From: Octopus sinensis
Lineage: Eukaryota
Length of the DNA stretch: 64,000 bases
Direction of reading: 5' to 3'
Assembly: GCF_006345805.1 (NCBI RefSeq)
Contig: NC_043008.1
Span: 20,150,001-20,214,000 of the forward strand
The first letter of the stretch is position 1. Every line of letters starts with the position of its first letter. Below are positions 24,521-37,625 of this stretch, one piece after another. Both the position numbers and the translations under genes were made by a program. Under the pieces are notes generated by a model. That model had not been told where the DNA came from. It saw nothing but the letters and a program-made list of their open reading frames with translations, and ran no database searches.

Positions 24521-26334
24521 AAAATTCAAAACATGTCAGCGAATTGTCACCTCCGGAAAAGCATTTTCAGAATTGTCAACAGTTATAAAGTGAGCAAAAA
24601 CAGATTTGTGAAGGCATAGCTCCATAAAGAATATACATACCATGAAGTTCTTTGACAATGTTTGACAGAAAGTGATCTTGATCTACGAAACTTCACATTA
24701 AAACCTTTAACATTCAAAAGCTATCAGTTTTATAAGATGTTCAAAACGTCTCATTTGTATTGCAATGATAGCCACAATAAAACAAGCACACCATTCTTAT
24801 ATCTGAAGATGAATTCCACAAGTATGAGTTATGTATTATGCCAATGATCCCGGAAGTGAGTTGTTTATCTACATCTAACTGTAGAAAAGACATTTCTGTT
24901 ACCGTCATGACTTTTAAAACTGGTCAGATTGAAAATAGTGAAAGTTGCTCAAGTGTGGTGCTTTTTATTTACTGAACGTACTTAAATCATGAATTTTGTT
25001 TTCACTTTTGTAATTGCATGTATTTTTAATGACATTTGAAAGAATGTTTTCAAAATTATGTCAAATTCCATACATGGGTCTGCATTTGATGGAGCCAAAT
25101 GTATCCTTAGAAGTGGTGACAATACCAAGAATGTTTGGGGAAGTCTTGACGTGATAGAGCGAAACCGATTTCGTTTTGGAGATCAGCGCCCCAGAATTAC
25201 ATTGAAACATGTCTCCAATATTCGACAACAAAAGTCTTGTTCTCCAGGTTAATACGATGTTGATGGAATCGGCTCGTATGCTGAGGTGGAAGTGGAAATC
25301 GTATCTCCAGTGAAGTTGTATGCAGTGTATTGAGTGATTTTTATACAAAACCGAAAGGTAAATATGGTGAACCCAGTTGTAATTATACAACAGTTTAGTT
25401 TAATTCACGCCATATTTGGTCCAGTCAAGGTCATTTTATGAGGCTATATTTGTTAATATTTCAAACATTGTCATGGTGGCGCATTAGCAGAATCTTATAT
25501 GAACCAGATTAAAAGGTTTGCCGGCATTTTTATCAGCTCTTTACCTTATTAGTTCAAATCCTACTGATGATTATTTTGGCTTTCATCATTTCGAGGTTAA
25601 TTAAATAAGTTCCACGTAAGTGGTGGGGCCGAGGTAACCAATTATCCGCTCCCCTTAAAAGTGCTAACCTTGTTCCAAAATTTCAAACCTTTTTTTCTTC
25701 TGTTTCTCAGCTGGTGTATTATAATCTTCTAACGAGATGATAATACTAGATTCTAGTTCAGAGACTTCAACGAGGGATATTATTAATGTATTAGCTATCG
25801 TTTAATTCCATAGCAGCTTTGGTCGTGCAAATCTATAACAAGGCGCTCCTACTGTAGCTACCAATACTTTATCCGGTAATAGTGTATATAAGACTGCATT
25901 ATTTAATGTGGCAATACAATTTTTAAGACAGCATGCAAATTAGCTATTATTTGTAGAATTTTCAGTAAGCGATCCTTTATAATGTTCACTGTCAATTCGT
26001 TAGATGAATTTTCAGAGTTTGACATAAAATATGCTTGGCTGATTCAGTCCCAGTTTACCGAGAATGGAATTCATATCATGCTTCTTTTCCCCGCTCATTC
26101 CCCCATCCGTCTATCTCTGGTTTAAAATGCTGTATTCTTGCTTTGTCTTATTCCTCTGTGAACCATTCATACAAAGCGCTTTATTGACCAAGTCGTATTT
26201 TATTCTTTACATGCTTCATTCTCTTGATGCGGCCATGCTGGGGCACCGCATTGAAGAGATTTAGTAAACAAATCCATCAGAGTCGTTATTGTTTCCAAAT
26301 TCTGGTACCTATTATATGAGTCTCTTTTAACGAA

Positions 26335-26580
26335 CAATTAAATTACGGGGACATAAACAAACCAACTGCTGTCAATCAACGTTGGAGAGAAACGCAAACA
26401 ACAAAGATACACATTCACACACACACATACATACACACACGACGAGATTCCACACATTTTCCGTCTGTCAAATCCATTTGCAAGCCATTGGTCGATCCGG
26501 GGCCATAATAAAATGGATTCCAGCGTATAACCATCTGGTTGCAAAGCACGCTTCTCGATGACTGCGCCAATATCAAACAA
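26335..26580 (-). mobile_element. Degenerate SINE family A
   Basis: TTACGGGGACATAAACAAACC..CCGTCTGTCAAATCCA..GGTCG. Confidence 0.65.
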
Positions 26581-27240
26581 AAATTATATTTTTGAACGCC
26601 ATAGATTTGTACGTGAAATATGAAGTTTACATAAACGCTCCCTTACGAGAACAAACTTTATTAAGCCTGGTGGAATGAAAACTGAGACGTGCTACCAAAA
26701 GCCGAATACGCAAGAGAAAAGTTTAATACTATAATTATAGTTGTGCTCGTCTCTAGTTTTTCGTTCACTTACAGTTATCTTATGATTGAAATTGCTATTG
26801 ACAACAACTGAATGTGAGTAGGCTGAAAGACCGAATATTTTATTTAAAGTAGCTGTACCTTGTGAAATGTTTTTCAACTGGCAATATACCAAATGAAATT
26901 ATTTAATATAATTTAAATATTGCACTCTTTTCAAATTAAGTTGGCTTTCAGGGACACCTGATATCTCTTACCTCCCATGTCTTCTATATATTCTGCTTAA
27001 GGTATTTGGGGAGAGGGACGGATAGGAACTATGATTTTTATAACAAGATGCTAAGTTACTATAAAAGGAATGCTTGAAAAGGAAATGACATATGTTGTTG
27101 CTAGAAAGAATACGTGAAGAAACTTAACAAAATTCTTAATAGAATTTGGGGTCTGACATAAAAATAAATATTTTAAAGGCAACGATTTCCTGAGTTTTAC
27201 AATATTCTGAAAGTTATTTGCCTCGGTTAATCTGCTTCAT

Positions 27241-27406
27241 AGGCGCAGGAGTGGCTGCGTGGTAAGTAGCTTGCTAACCAACCACATGGTTCCGGGTTCA
27301 GTCCCACTGCGTGGCATCTTGGGCAAGTGTCTTCTGTTATAGCCCCGGGCCGACCAATGCCTTGTGAATGGATTTGGTAGACGGAAACTGAAAGAAGCCT
27401 GTCGTA

Positions 27407-27451
<45 letters not shown>

Positions 27452-27661
27452 TTGTTTGTCTGTGTTTGTCCCCCTAGCATTGCTTGACAACCGATGCTGG
27501 TGTTTACGTCCCCGTCACTTAGCGGTTCAGCAAAAAGAGACCGATAGAATAAGTACTGGGCTTACAAAGAATAAGTCCCGGGGTCGATTTGCTCGACTAA
27601 AGGCGGTGCTCCAGCATGGCCGCAGTCAAATGACTGAAACAAGTAAAAGAGTAAAGAGTAA
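27241..27661 (+). mobile_element. SINE family A, near full length
   Basis: Complete head, (TA)/(TG) spacer and tail ending (AAAGAGT)n. Confidence 0.9.
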
Positions 27662-27974
27662 ATGTTTCTTTATGTTCATATTGGCAGATGAAAATATGGC
27701 GTGAAGCTAGGTAATTGAGCTTGAAACGATATAGCTGAGCTCAAGACGACGTAATTGATTTCGAAATCTAGGGTCGGTTAGATCGAACCCAATAACTTAC
27801 TGATACCTGTTTAATTTGTCGATCTTAGCCTGATTTGAACTCAGAACGAAGAGATGTATCTAAATAGCTTTAGGAATGTAATGCTCTCCTTATACGGCAT
27901 CTTTGAAAGCAGAACCAGAAAATTGAAGAACATATATTTGTACCATTGCTTACAATTTAATCAGAGTCCTTGAG

Positions 27975-28220
27975 GGTAAATGGCCCAGTGGTTACGAAGT
28001 TCCACTGACGATCGCGAGATCCTGGTTTCAATTCTTGGACCAGGTGGCACATTGAGTTCTTGAGCAAAACGCTTCATCTCACGTTGCTTTGCAATCACAT
28101 CGACACCTGACGTGTAGTACACCTGTTCAGGCAATGTCGATTTGACGGAGAGAGTGAGCTAATGTACAGCAAATGCATTTTATCACTATAAACAAACCAT
28201 CTGTCCTGGTTGTTTTGCAA
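27975..28220 (+). mobile_element. Degenerate tRNA-derived SINE, family C/D-like
   Basis: TGGCCCAGTGGTT..GGTTTCAATTC..TTCTTGAGCAAAAC. Confidence 0.6.
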
Positions 28221-28799
28221 GAAATTACAGAATCATCTTTCCCGCACTACAGACGACTAAAATTATACCGTCAGAGGCCCTTCAGTAACCTTCTCTTGTC
28301 TGGATCCATACTGTCAACTTTTTAGCCAGGTGTGGGACATCTAAAGCGTGGCCCTGTAGTCAGTATAGAGTTCAGGCTGCGAGTTTGCTTTGATTACCTT
28401 TTTTCGCGTAAATTTAAGGATCTTTCTGGACGTACATTAACTTGGAGAACAGCAAAATGACCACAAATGGCTGAAAACTAGTTATGCAGCTTGGGTTGCC
28501 AAATGCCACGTTGAAGAAGTGACCAATGTTCCAGCCGGCAGATTTAATTTTTCCGTATCTCGAGTTTCATTCTTAACTCCATCTCATACAGTTCGATATC
28601 TTGATACATCTCTTCAAATAAATAAAACTGTTCTTCTGACTAATGGAACAGGCTCACTATAAACGATTCCCTTTCAAAAACAACAAAAACAACCACAATC
28701 ATCTTAACATTTGATTAATATTGTAGTGCTATAATTTTTAGTGCTTGTGATTATGATCTGCATTATTATAACGACCGTCATTTTGTTTCGACATCTCCT

Positions 28800-29290
28800 C
28801 TCTGTGGCTCGGTTCTCTTTTTATCTGCCAACGATTGCAACACAAATTTTGCGCAACACGACGCCTTTTCATTTTTTTCTTTCATAATCATATAACACGA
28901 ACTGTTTAGAGATATCCACTTCTTCGGAAACTTCACAAAGAAGCATTCTTTAAAAATATGTGTTCCAAAACTTCACAAACAAAAAAAAATCGACTATTTT
29001 TCAATGATTTCAGTGCCAACCATCGCAATGGTTATCGTTTCAGTTGTCATGGAATATCGTCAAGATTAAAGACTGTCCATCTTTGATAGATGTTTTTCGT
29101 GATTTGAATACTGATACCATTTGTGACATTGCATTTCGATCGAAAAATTCTCCCAATATCCCTGTTGCAACATTAAAAGCAGTCAGAAATAAATTTATTT
29201 CAAATTCAAAGAGAATTTCATGAAAAAAATGTTTATGACAAATCACCAAGTGCACTAAACATTCTTTCATTCTAACAAGTCTAGATCAAT
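28800..29290 (-). pseudogene. Decayed mariner-like transposase fragment
   Basis: VSVFKSRKTSIKDGQS (cf. FKxGRxSxxDxxRSG), followed by degraded downstream motifs. Confidence 0.4.
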
Positions 29291-29919
29291 GACCAAAAAA
29301 CGTAGCGTGATTGTGACTATAATTCGACTGTAGACAACGTCACTCATTGGTTGCAGCAAACCTGGAAGCAAACAATAAATGATGGTCGACTATTTGGTTT
29401 AAATTTCCGTTATATTTTTTTAACGTACATAGCATATTTCAATGAAGTTTCTGTTGGTGGCACCCACGGGGACTATATTTTATTTAACACGAGAAGAATA
29501 AAGTCAAACACGATCATATAAGAATGTAAACTCAGGACGTAAAACGATGGAAATAAACTGAGTTAAAGGCTTTCGAAGATATTTTACTTTTCCGCCATTT
29601 TCCCCCTCTCGTTCATGATAAATGTTTTCTTATCGGCAATAATAAAGTTACATAAATAAATATCACAATGGTAGGTATCATAAGATTTCACTGACCTCCA
29701 GAAATATGTTGTGATTATAAATATTCTAAGCCTATGAAAAGGGAGTTGGATAAAATCAATTATAGAATTTACTAAGAGCTTCACCTTAGTTCGATTATAT
29801 ATTTTTCCTTTTCCAATTTCTTCACACACACACACACACACACACGCACACATAAATGCCATGTGTGTATGTATGTGTTATGTATCCGCACATTGCAGTA
29901 TCCATATAAATCCATGGGG

Positions 29920-30025
29920 GGATTATAATCAAATTGGGCAACAAGTATATCCGAGGTAATGTGGTACGATCGTTTCATGCTACTTCATTTTATTAAACAA
30001 TGTAAGTATTACATCAGTTTTAAAA
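29920..30025 (-). ncRNA. Decayed HHR/pseudo-LTR remnant related to the PLE at 21-4270
   Basis: Shares GGGG..ATTATAA, GCAACAAG, GTACGATCGTTTCAT, TTTTATTAAA and CATCAG in the same order as 128-255; core reads CTGATGT and stem I is lost. Confidence 0.55.
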
Positions 30026-30251
30026 TGTCGAGCAATTTTCAGGTACTTATAGAATTTATTCTATTATGTTGGCAAACAAAATATATATATATATATATAC
30101 ATTATATAAAAGGGCTTAGTAAAATAAATTACTTTGCCGCATACTGAACTCATTAGAAATAGCAGCTAAAAAAACTTTTTAAAAACTATTTCCAATACTT
30201 AAAGAAAACCTCTCTCATATAGTGTTTGCTCAACTCAATTCACGCAAATAT

Positions 30252-30302
30252 GGGCTGATGATAGAAATGTCGACTTTGACTAATCTTGAAACGTACGTTC
30301 TC
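30252..30302 (+). ncRNA. Type I hammerhead ribozyme
   Basis: GGG-CTGATGA-TAGA-AAT-GTC-GACTTT-GAC-TAA-TCTT-GAAAC-GTAC-GTT|CTC; palindromic stem III ACGTACGT. Confidence 0.8.
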
Positions 30303-30813
30303 AATAACATTTGCACTTGATTTTTTAATGTCTCTCCCCCCTACTCCCCATATTGCGTGAGTTGAGTTGAGCAAACACTATATGAGAGAGGTTTTCTTTA
30401 AGTATTGGAAATAGTTTTAAAAAGTTTTTTTAGCTGCTATTTCTAATGAGTTCAGTATGCGCAAAGTAATTTATTTTACTAAGCCCTTTTATATAATGTA
30501 TAAATTGAATTCGCCTTAAATGGTCCCTTTACATACTGAATACTTTTTGAAATTGATTAATTAATTAATTTTAACCCTCAATTGTTTAAATTATAATTCC
30601 TCTCTCTCCTATATAATGCCGCGGATTTTACCGAAAAAAGCATAGTGTTTGCTGATTTTAACCCACGCTGGTGGAAAGGGGAGAGCAGAAATTCTTCGCT
30701 TGCATTTTTGAGTTTTGTTGGCACTGTTAGTTACGAGCAGATCTTCAGAAGCGAGAGGAAGCCGCAAGGGTATGCTCCCACTTTCAGTTTTTCAAATCCA
30801 AACCAGGGAGTTC

Positions 30814-30867
30814 TGAGCTGAATGATAGAAATGTCGACTTTGACTAATCTTGAAACGTACGTTCTCA
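30814..30867 (+). ncRNA. Hammerhead ribozyme copy (1-nt insertion in core: CTGAATGA)
   Basis: Stem I TGAG/CTCA; the rest is identical to 30255-30302. Confidence 0.7.
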
Positions 30868-31368
30868 AATAACCTTTGCACTTGATTTTTTAATGTCTCT
30901 ACCCCTATTTGCGTGAGTGAGTTGAGCAAACACTATATGAGAGAGGTTTTCTTTAAGTATTGGAAATAGTTTTAAAAAGTTTTTTTAAGCTGCTATTTCT
31001 AATGAGTTCAGTATGCGGCAAAGTAATTTATTTTCTAAGCCCTTTTATATAATGTAATAATTTGAATTCGCCTTAAATGGTCCCTTTACATACTGAATAC
31101 TTGGTGAAATTGATTAATTAATTAATTTTACCCTCAATTGTTTAAATTATAATTCATCTCTCTCTATATAATGCCGCGGATTTTACCGAAAAAAGCATAG
31201 TGTTTGCTGATTTTAACCCACGCTGGTGGAAAGGGAAGAGCATAATTCTTCGCTTGCATTTTTGAGTTTTGTTGGCACTGTTAGTTACGAGCAGATCTTC
31301 AGAAGCGAGAGGAAGCCGAAAGGGTATTCTCCCACTTTCAGTGTTTTCAAATCCAAACCAGGGAGTTC

Positions 31369-31423
31369 TGATCTGATGATATAGAAATGTCGACTTTGAC
31401 TAATCTTGAAACGTACGTTCTCA
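31369..31423 (+). ncRNA. Hammerhead ribozyme copy
   Basis: CTGATGA 31373-31379, GAAAC 31408-31412, GTT 31417-31419; small variants in stems I/II. Confidence 0.7.
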
Positions 31424-31963
31424 ACTAAACTTTGCACTTGATTTTTTAATGTCTCTAACCACCCATATTTGCGTGAGTTGAGTTGAGCAAACACTATATG
31501 AGAGAGGTTTTCTTTAAGTATTGGAAATAGTTTTTTAAAAAGTTTTTTTTATCTGCTATTTCTAATGAGTTCAGTATGTCGGCAAAGTATTTATTTTACT
31601 AAGCCCTTTTTATAATGTAATAATTTGAATTCGCCTTAAATGGTCCCTTTACATACTGAATACTTGGTGAAATTGATTAATTAATATTTTACCCTCAATT
31701 GTTTAAATTATATATATAATAATATAATATATATATATATATATTATATATATATCTATATATATTTATATATTATATTATATATATATCTATATATATA
31801 TATATATATAGTTATATACAGATATACTATATGTATACACGATTTGTTGGTGTCTTGTGTTTCTGCCATACTGTAACCTAGCATTTCGGCAATAAAAATC
31901 GATAGAACAAGTACTAGATTTACAAATAAATCCTGGGGCCTACTTCATGTCTAAACCTCACAA

Positions 31964-32123
31964 CATTATTTACATTATTTACATTTGACGGATATTTGTC
32001 TTCATCTTGTTTGTTGCTAAAACAACGTTTCCCCTGATATACGCTCCAGGTTTCATCAGGTGTCTTAGGGAAATCACGAACATGGCTTGTCATTCCTAAG
32101 GTATTTTTCGATGCTGTTGTTGC

Positions 32124-32178
<55 letters not shown>

Positions 32179-32200
32179 GTTGTTGTTGTTGTTGTTGTTG

Positions 32201-32253
<53 letters not shown>

Positions 32254-32444
32254 TTCACTATCTGGAATCAAACTCGGAAACTTGTGGGTAGCAGTCCGCG
32301 CTCTAAACCACTAAACCATATGCCCATGGGCATGTGACGTAATGTTTAAGAGCGCGGGCTACTAACCCCAACATTGCGAGTTCGATTTCAGCAGTGACTT
32401 GAACAACAAAAGCAACAACAACAATAATAATAATGATAATAATG

Positions 32445-32488
<44 letters not shown>

Positions 32489-32670
32489 CATCGAAAAATA
32501 CCTCAGGAATGAGAATACAGGTTCGAAATTACCCCAAGATACCTGATGAAGGCTGGAGGGTATATCGGACGAAATGTTGTGCGAACAACAAACAAGATGA
32601 GGACAAATATCAGTCAACTCTAAAAAATGTAAATAATGTACGTAATTCATATCTCTTAAATACAGAACTG
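31964..32670. mobile_element. Palindromic element: two head-to-head tRNA-like heads, (AAT/AAC)n spacers and HHR-like tails; 12-bp TSD; inserted in a SINE-A tail
   Basis: Centre GCCCAT|GGGC at 32326/7. TAAACCTCACAA at 31952-31963 and 32671-32682. HHR-like motifs at ~32018-32065 (-) and ~32538-32585 (+). Confidence 0.85.
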
Positions 32671-32846
32671 TAAACCTCACAAGGCAGTGTCCTAAAACGG
32701 CCCCTGTCCAATAAGTAAAAGAAGTAAACAGGTTTTTAAATAAATGAATAACAAACCCATCAGATACTGCAACGAAACGGTCCTAAGCGACTACCAATTT
32801 CTCTTAGTCAGCATCCTGGATTTGTATGCTTTTTATCTGTTTTAAT

Positions 32847-33180
32847 TGGCTCAGTGGTTAGAGCATCGAGCTTACGATCGTGAGGTTGTGAGCTCGAATC
32901 CCGGACCGGGCTGCGTGTTGTGTTCTTGAGCAAGGCACTTTATTTCACGTTGCTCCAGTTCACTCAGCTGTAGAAATGAGTTGCGACGTCACTGGTGCCA
33001 AGCTGTATCGACCTTTGTCTTTCCCTTGGATAACACTGGTGGCGTGGAGAGGGGAGGCTGGTATGCATGGGCGACTGCTGGTCTTCCATAAACAACCTTG
33101 CCCGGACTTGTGTCTAGGAGGGTAACTTTCTAGGTGCAATCCCATGGTCATTCATGACCGAATGGGGTCTTTACCCTTTA
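32847..33180 (+). mobile_element. tRNA-derived SINE, family C (CORE/Meta-like central block)
   Basis: A-box TGGCTCAGTGG, B-box-like GCTCGAATCC, TTCTTGAGCAAGGCACTTTATTTCAC, tail TTACCCTTTA. Confidence 0.8.
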
Positions 33181-33499
33181 ATTGGCCCCGAAATAATTTT
33201 TTAAATGAGTTTGTCTTCAGCTGGAGATGAAGTTTGTGAGTAGGGTGTTGGGAAAAATGATGTGGTACACATAACCTAATGCTGTAGAGGATTTACCGAT
33301 TCTCAGACTTAACAGTAATAAACAATTAATTGTTGTCAGGAACTATACGAAAATGACTTTTTAACTCCCATGTATTGCGGGATTTTAAACCAGAAAGCAA
33401 TATCGAGAAATGTAAAACTAAAAAAAAATATCGAGAAATGTAAAAATTAAAGATAAATCCTAGGAATATCACAAAACAGCAATTTGTAACACCAGAGCC

Positions 33500-33702
33500 A
33501 AAATGACACCACCACCACCACCATCGCCACCAGCACCACCACCACCACAGCAACAACAGCAACGGCAAGAATCATTCAATTAGAGTAATGGTATCACCAA
33601 GACAAAAAGGAAAAATGGAAGAAGAGGGACTCCAAACCCGGAAGTTGCTGAAGAACATGAAGTGTAAGAAAAAGAAAAAAAAGGGTGTGTGCGTGCGTGT
33701 GT

Positions 33703-33736
<34 letters not shown>

Positions 33737-34167
33737 TGTGTGTTTGTACGTGTGTGTGGATTGTGGAGAATGTTCGATGAGTTAAAGTAGAAAAAGAGAA
33801 GAGTGTTGTGGAAAAGAAATAAAAGATGAAAAGAGAAAAGGTGGAAGAGAAAAAGAAGGCGCCTGGTAGTATAAGTGGTAGTAGTGGTTGTAGTGGTGGT
33901 TGTAGTGGTGGTTGTAGTGGTGGTGGTTGTGGTGGTGGTGGTGGTGGTGGTGGTGGTAATTGTAATGGTGATGGTTGTAGTGATGGTGACAATGGTAAAG
34001 AAGAAAAAGAAGATGATGAAGAAGAAAAGAAAGAAAATTAAGAAAAAGTAAAGGAAGAAGAAGGAAAACAAGCAGAAAGAGAAGAAGAAAAAGTAAAGGA
34101 AGAAGAATAAAAACAAGGAGAGGAAGAAGAAGAAGAAGAAAAAATAAAGGAAGAAGAATAAAAACAA

Positions 34168-34200
<33 letters not shown>

Positions 34201-34793
34201 AAATTAAAGGAAGAAGAATAAAAACAAGAAGAAGAAGAAGAAGAAGAAGAAAAAGAAGACGGAGGGGAGAGGGGGAGGGGAGGAGGAGAAGAAAGGGAAG
34301 AAGAAGAGGAAAGAGAAAAAGAAAAGGAAGTAGAAGAAGAGGAAAGAAAAATAAAAAGGAAGAAGAAGAAGAGAGAAAAGAAGAAGAAAAGGAAGAAGAA
34401 GAAAAAGAAAAGGAAGAAGAAGAAAGAGAAGACGAAAGAATTTTATATGCAATTAAAAAATGATTAAGAAACTATAGACAAAAGATATTGATAATATGTT
34501 TGAAGAAACAAAATGGAATAATGGAGTAGAGAGAGATAAATGATAATAGAAAGAAGAAGAAGAAGAAGAAGAAGAAGAAGAAGAAAAAGGAGAAGAATTG
34601 AGATAGAATTTTAAAAGAAATAAAAACTGAAAAGAGGATAACAGACGCGCGCCGATTGTGGTGATGATGCTGACGATGGTAAACCAGAGTGACATAAATA
34701 AGATAAGGATGGAGATGAGGTAGAATAAAGAAGACAGCATTAATAAAAATAAGCAAGAAGGCGGAGAAGTAGAAGAAAAAGAAGGAGAAGAAG

Positions 34794-34825
<32 letters not shown>

Positions 34826-36327
34826 TAGAGGAGGAAGAAGAAGGAGAAGAAGAAGAGGAAGAAGAAGAAAGAGAAGAAGAAGAGGAGGAAGAAGAAGAAG
34901 TGGAAGAAGAAGAAGAAGAAGGCGGAAAAGAAGAAGGAAAAGAAGAAATAGTAGAAGAAAAAAAAAGAAGAAGGCGGAGAAGAAGAAGAAAAAGAAAGAG
35001 AAGAAGAAGAAGAATTAGAAGAAGAAGAAGAAGAAGAAGAAAGAGGGGGAGAAAGAGGAAATGTAGGGGAGGGTGACAAAAGGGATAAAATGAAAATAGA
35101 GATGAAAGCGGCAACGATAAAGATAATGATAGTGATGGTGATGATAGTGATAATGATGATGTTGGTGATGTTGAATCAGAATGACAATAAAATAAAGAAT
35201 GAATAAGAGAAAATAAAAAAAAGGAAAAGAATAATCAAGAAAAAGAAAAGAAAATAAGAAGAAAATTAAAGGGATAGAGAAGAAAGAAAAGTATAGGAAG
35301 AAGGAAAAAAGGAAGAACAAGAGAAGGGAGTAGAAAAGAAGAAATATAAAAAGAAGAAAAAGAAGAAATAAAAAGTAAAAAGAAGAGGGGAAGAAGTTAG
35401 AAGAAGGAAAATTAGAAGATGAGAAAGAATATCTAAGTATCGAAATGATGATGCTAATATGAATAGAATGGTAGATTTAGCATTCACAGAGAATTCTAGT
35501 GGCAAGGAACCACCACCACCGCCACCGCCACCACCACTAATACCACCACCACTATCAGAACAACTACACTGACGAGAACATCACCACCACCACCACTATC
35601 AACACTACCAAGACCACCACCATCACCACCAACACCACCACCACCACCACCTATACCACCACCACTATCAGAACTACTACACTGACGAGAACATCACCAC
35701 CACCATCAAAACTACCAAGTCCACCACCATCACCACCAACACCACCACCACCACAACCTATACCACCACCACCACTATCAGAACTACTACACCGACAGAA
35801 CATCACCCAACCACCATCAACACTATCAAGACCACCACCATCACCACCAACACCACCACCACCACCACCACCACCTATACCACCACCACTATCAGAACTA
35901 CTACACTGACGAGAACATCACCACCACCATCAAAACTACCAAGTCCACCACCATCACCACCAACACCACCACCACCACAACCTATACCACCACCACCACT
36001 ATCAGAACTACTACACCGACAAGAACATCACCACCACCACCATCAACACTATCAAGACCACCACCATCACCACCAACACCACCACCACCACCACCACCAC
36101 CTATACCACCACCACTATCAGAACTACTACACTGACGAGAACATCACCACCACCATCAAAACTACCAAGTCCACCACCATCACCACCAACACCACCACCA
36201 CCACAACCTATACCACCACCTCCACTATCAGAACTACTACACTGACAACAACATCACCACCACCACCATCAACACTACCAAGACCACCACCATCACCACC
36301 AACACCACCTATACCACCACCATCATC

Positions 36328-36367
<40 letters not shown>

Positions 36368-37164
36368 TCGTCATCGTCATCATAATAAACGACAGTAAAA
36401 ATACCCACTAAAATAGGTAACATGATTAGTGTGTTCTTATAAAAAAAAACAAGGTTAACAACAACAACAACAATATCAAGAAGAAGAAGATGAAGAAGAA
36501 CGACAACAAAAATGCAAAGTTGAAATTGCGAAGAATTAGTAGTTGAATAATGGATACCACGCCGACAACAATAAAATTAACAATAGCAAAAGCGACAACA
36601 ATAGCAAGAGAAACAATAACCACAGCAGCAGCAGCAGTGACAGCAATAAGTGTTGCAGCAACTGTTGCAGCTGCAATAACATCAGCAACAGCAACAACAA
36701 CAACAAAGCAAGTGACAGTAAAAAGCAGTATCATCATCATCATCATCATCGTCACCATCATCATCATTATCGTTGTCATCATTAGATTTGCCGTTATCGC
36801 TTCCCATCATATCATAATCATCATCAATCATCATAATCGGTATTATCGCCTTCAGCTAGAGATTCCATCATCATCATCATCGTTATCATCGTTGTCGTCG
36901 TCGTCGTCGTCATCGTACTTCTTATCATCATCATTATCATCGTCATCATCACCATCATCATCATCGAGAACAGCGACGACGACGACGACGACAACTGCAG
37001 CGAAGATTTGGAAATTCGTTGAAGAAAGGATATATGCTTTGCATTACAAGGACACTGGGTGGGTGGGGGAAATACTAGCACAGCAATAAACTAATAATAA
37101 TAATAATAATAACAACAATTATAATAATAATAAAAATAATAACAACAACAACAACAACAACAAC

Positions 37165-37199
<35 letters not shown>

Positions 37200-37591
37200 T
37201 AATAATAGTTACTGGTAGTGAACAGCTGACACTTTAGTACGTTAGAAGGCTGTGCTAAGGCAATAATAATAATAATACGAAGAAGAAGAAGAAGAAGAAG
37301 AAGAAGAAGAACAACAACAACAACAACAATAACAATAATAATGATGTGAGTTCTTGGTATCTAAGTTTACTTATAGCCTAATGTATTTTTTATAACAGTA
37401 TAATGTGTAGTGTGTATAAAAATAACAACAACAACAACAACAATAATAATAATAATGATAGGGGGTTCCTAGCATCTAAGGTTTACTTATTGTAACCCGA
37501 TGTATTTTTTTATAACAGTATAATGTGTAGTGTATAGTTATAATAATAATAATAATATAATAATAATAATAATAATAACAACAATAATAAA

Positions 37592-37625
<34 letters not shown>

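Larger units (their letters stand above)
30098..31712 (+). mobile_element. Non-coding HHR tandem array (~2.6 x ~555 bp) capped by an inverted partial unit; non-autonomous PLE/retrozyme-like
   Basis: HHR cores at 30255, 30818 and 31373. 30098-30254 is the reverse complement of 30347-30500. (TA)n on both sides; no ORF. Confidence 0.87.

Noticed and set aside
32847-32925. tRNA gene calls for A/B-box sequences (also 32255-32400, 53980-54052)
   Set aside because: No complete cloverleaf; they continue into SINE bodies.
37359-37535. ~60-bp direct repeat pair (also 20-bp triplet at ~17045-17095 and 24-bp duplication at ~52975-53020)
   Set aside because: Ordinary local slippage duplications with no further structure.
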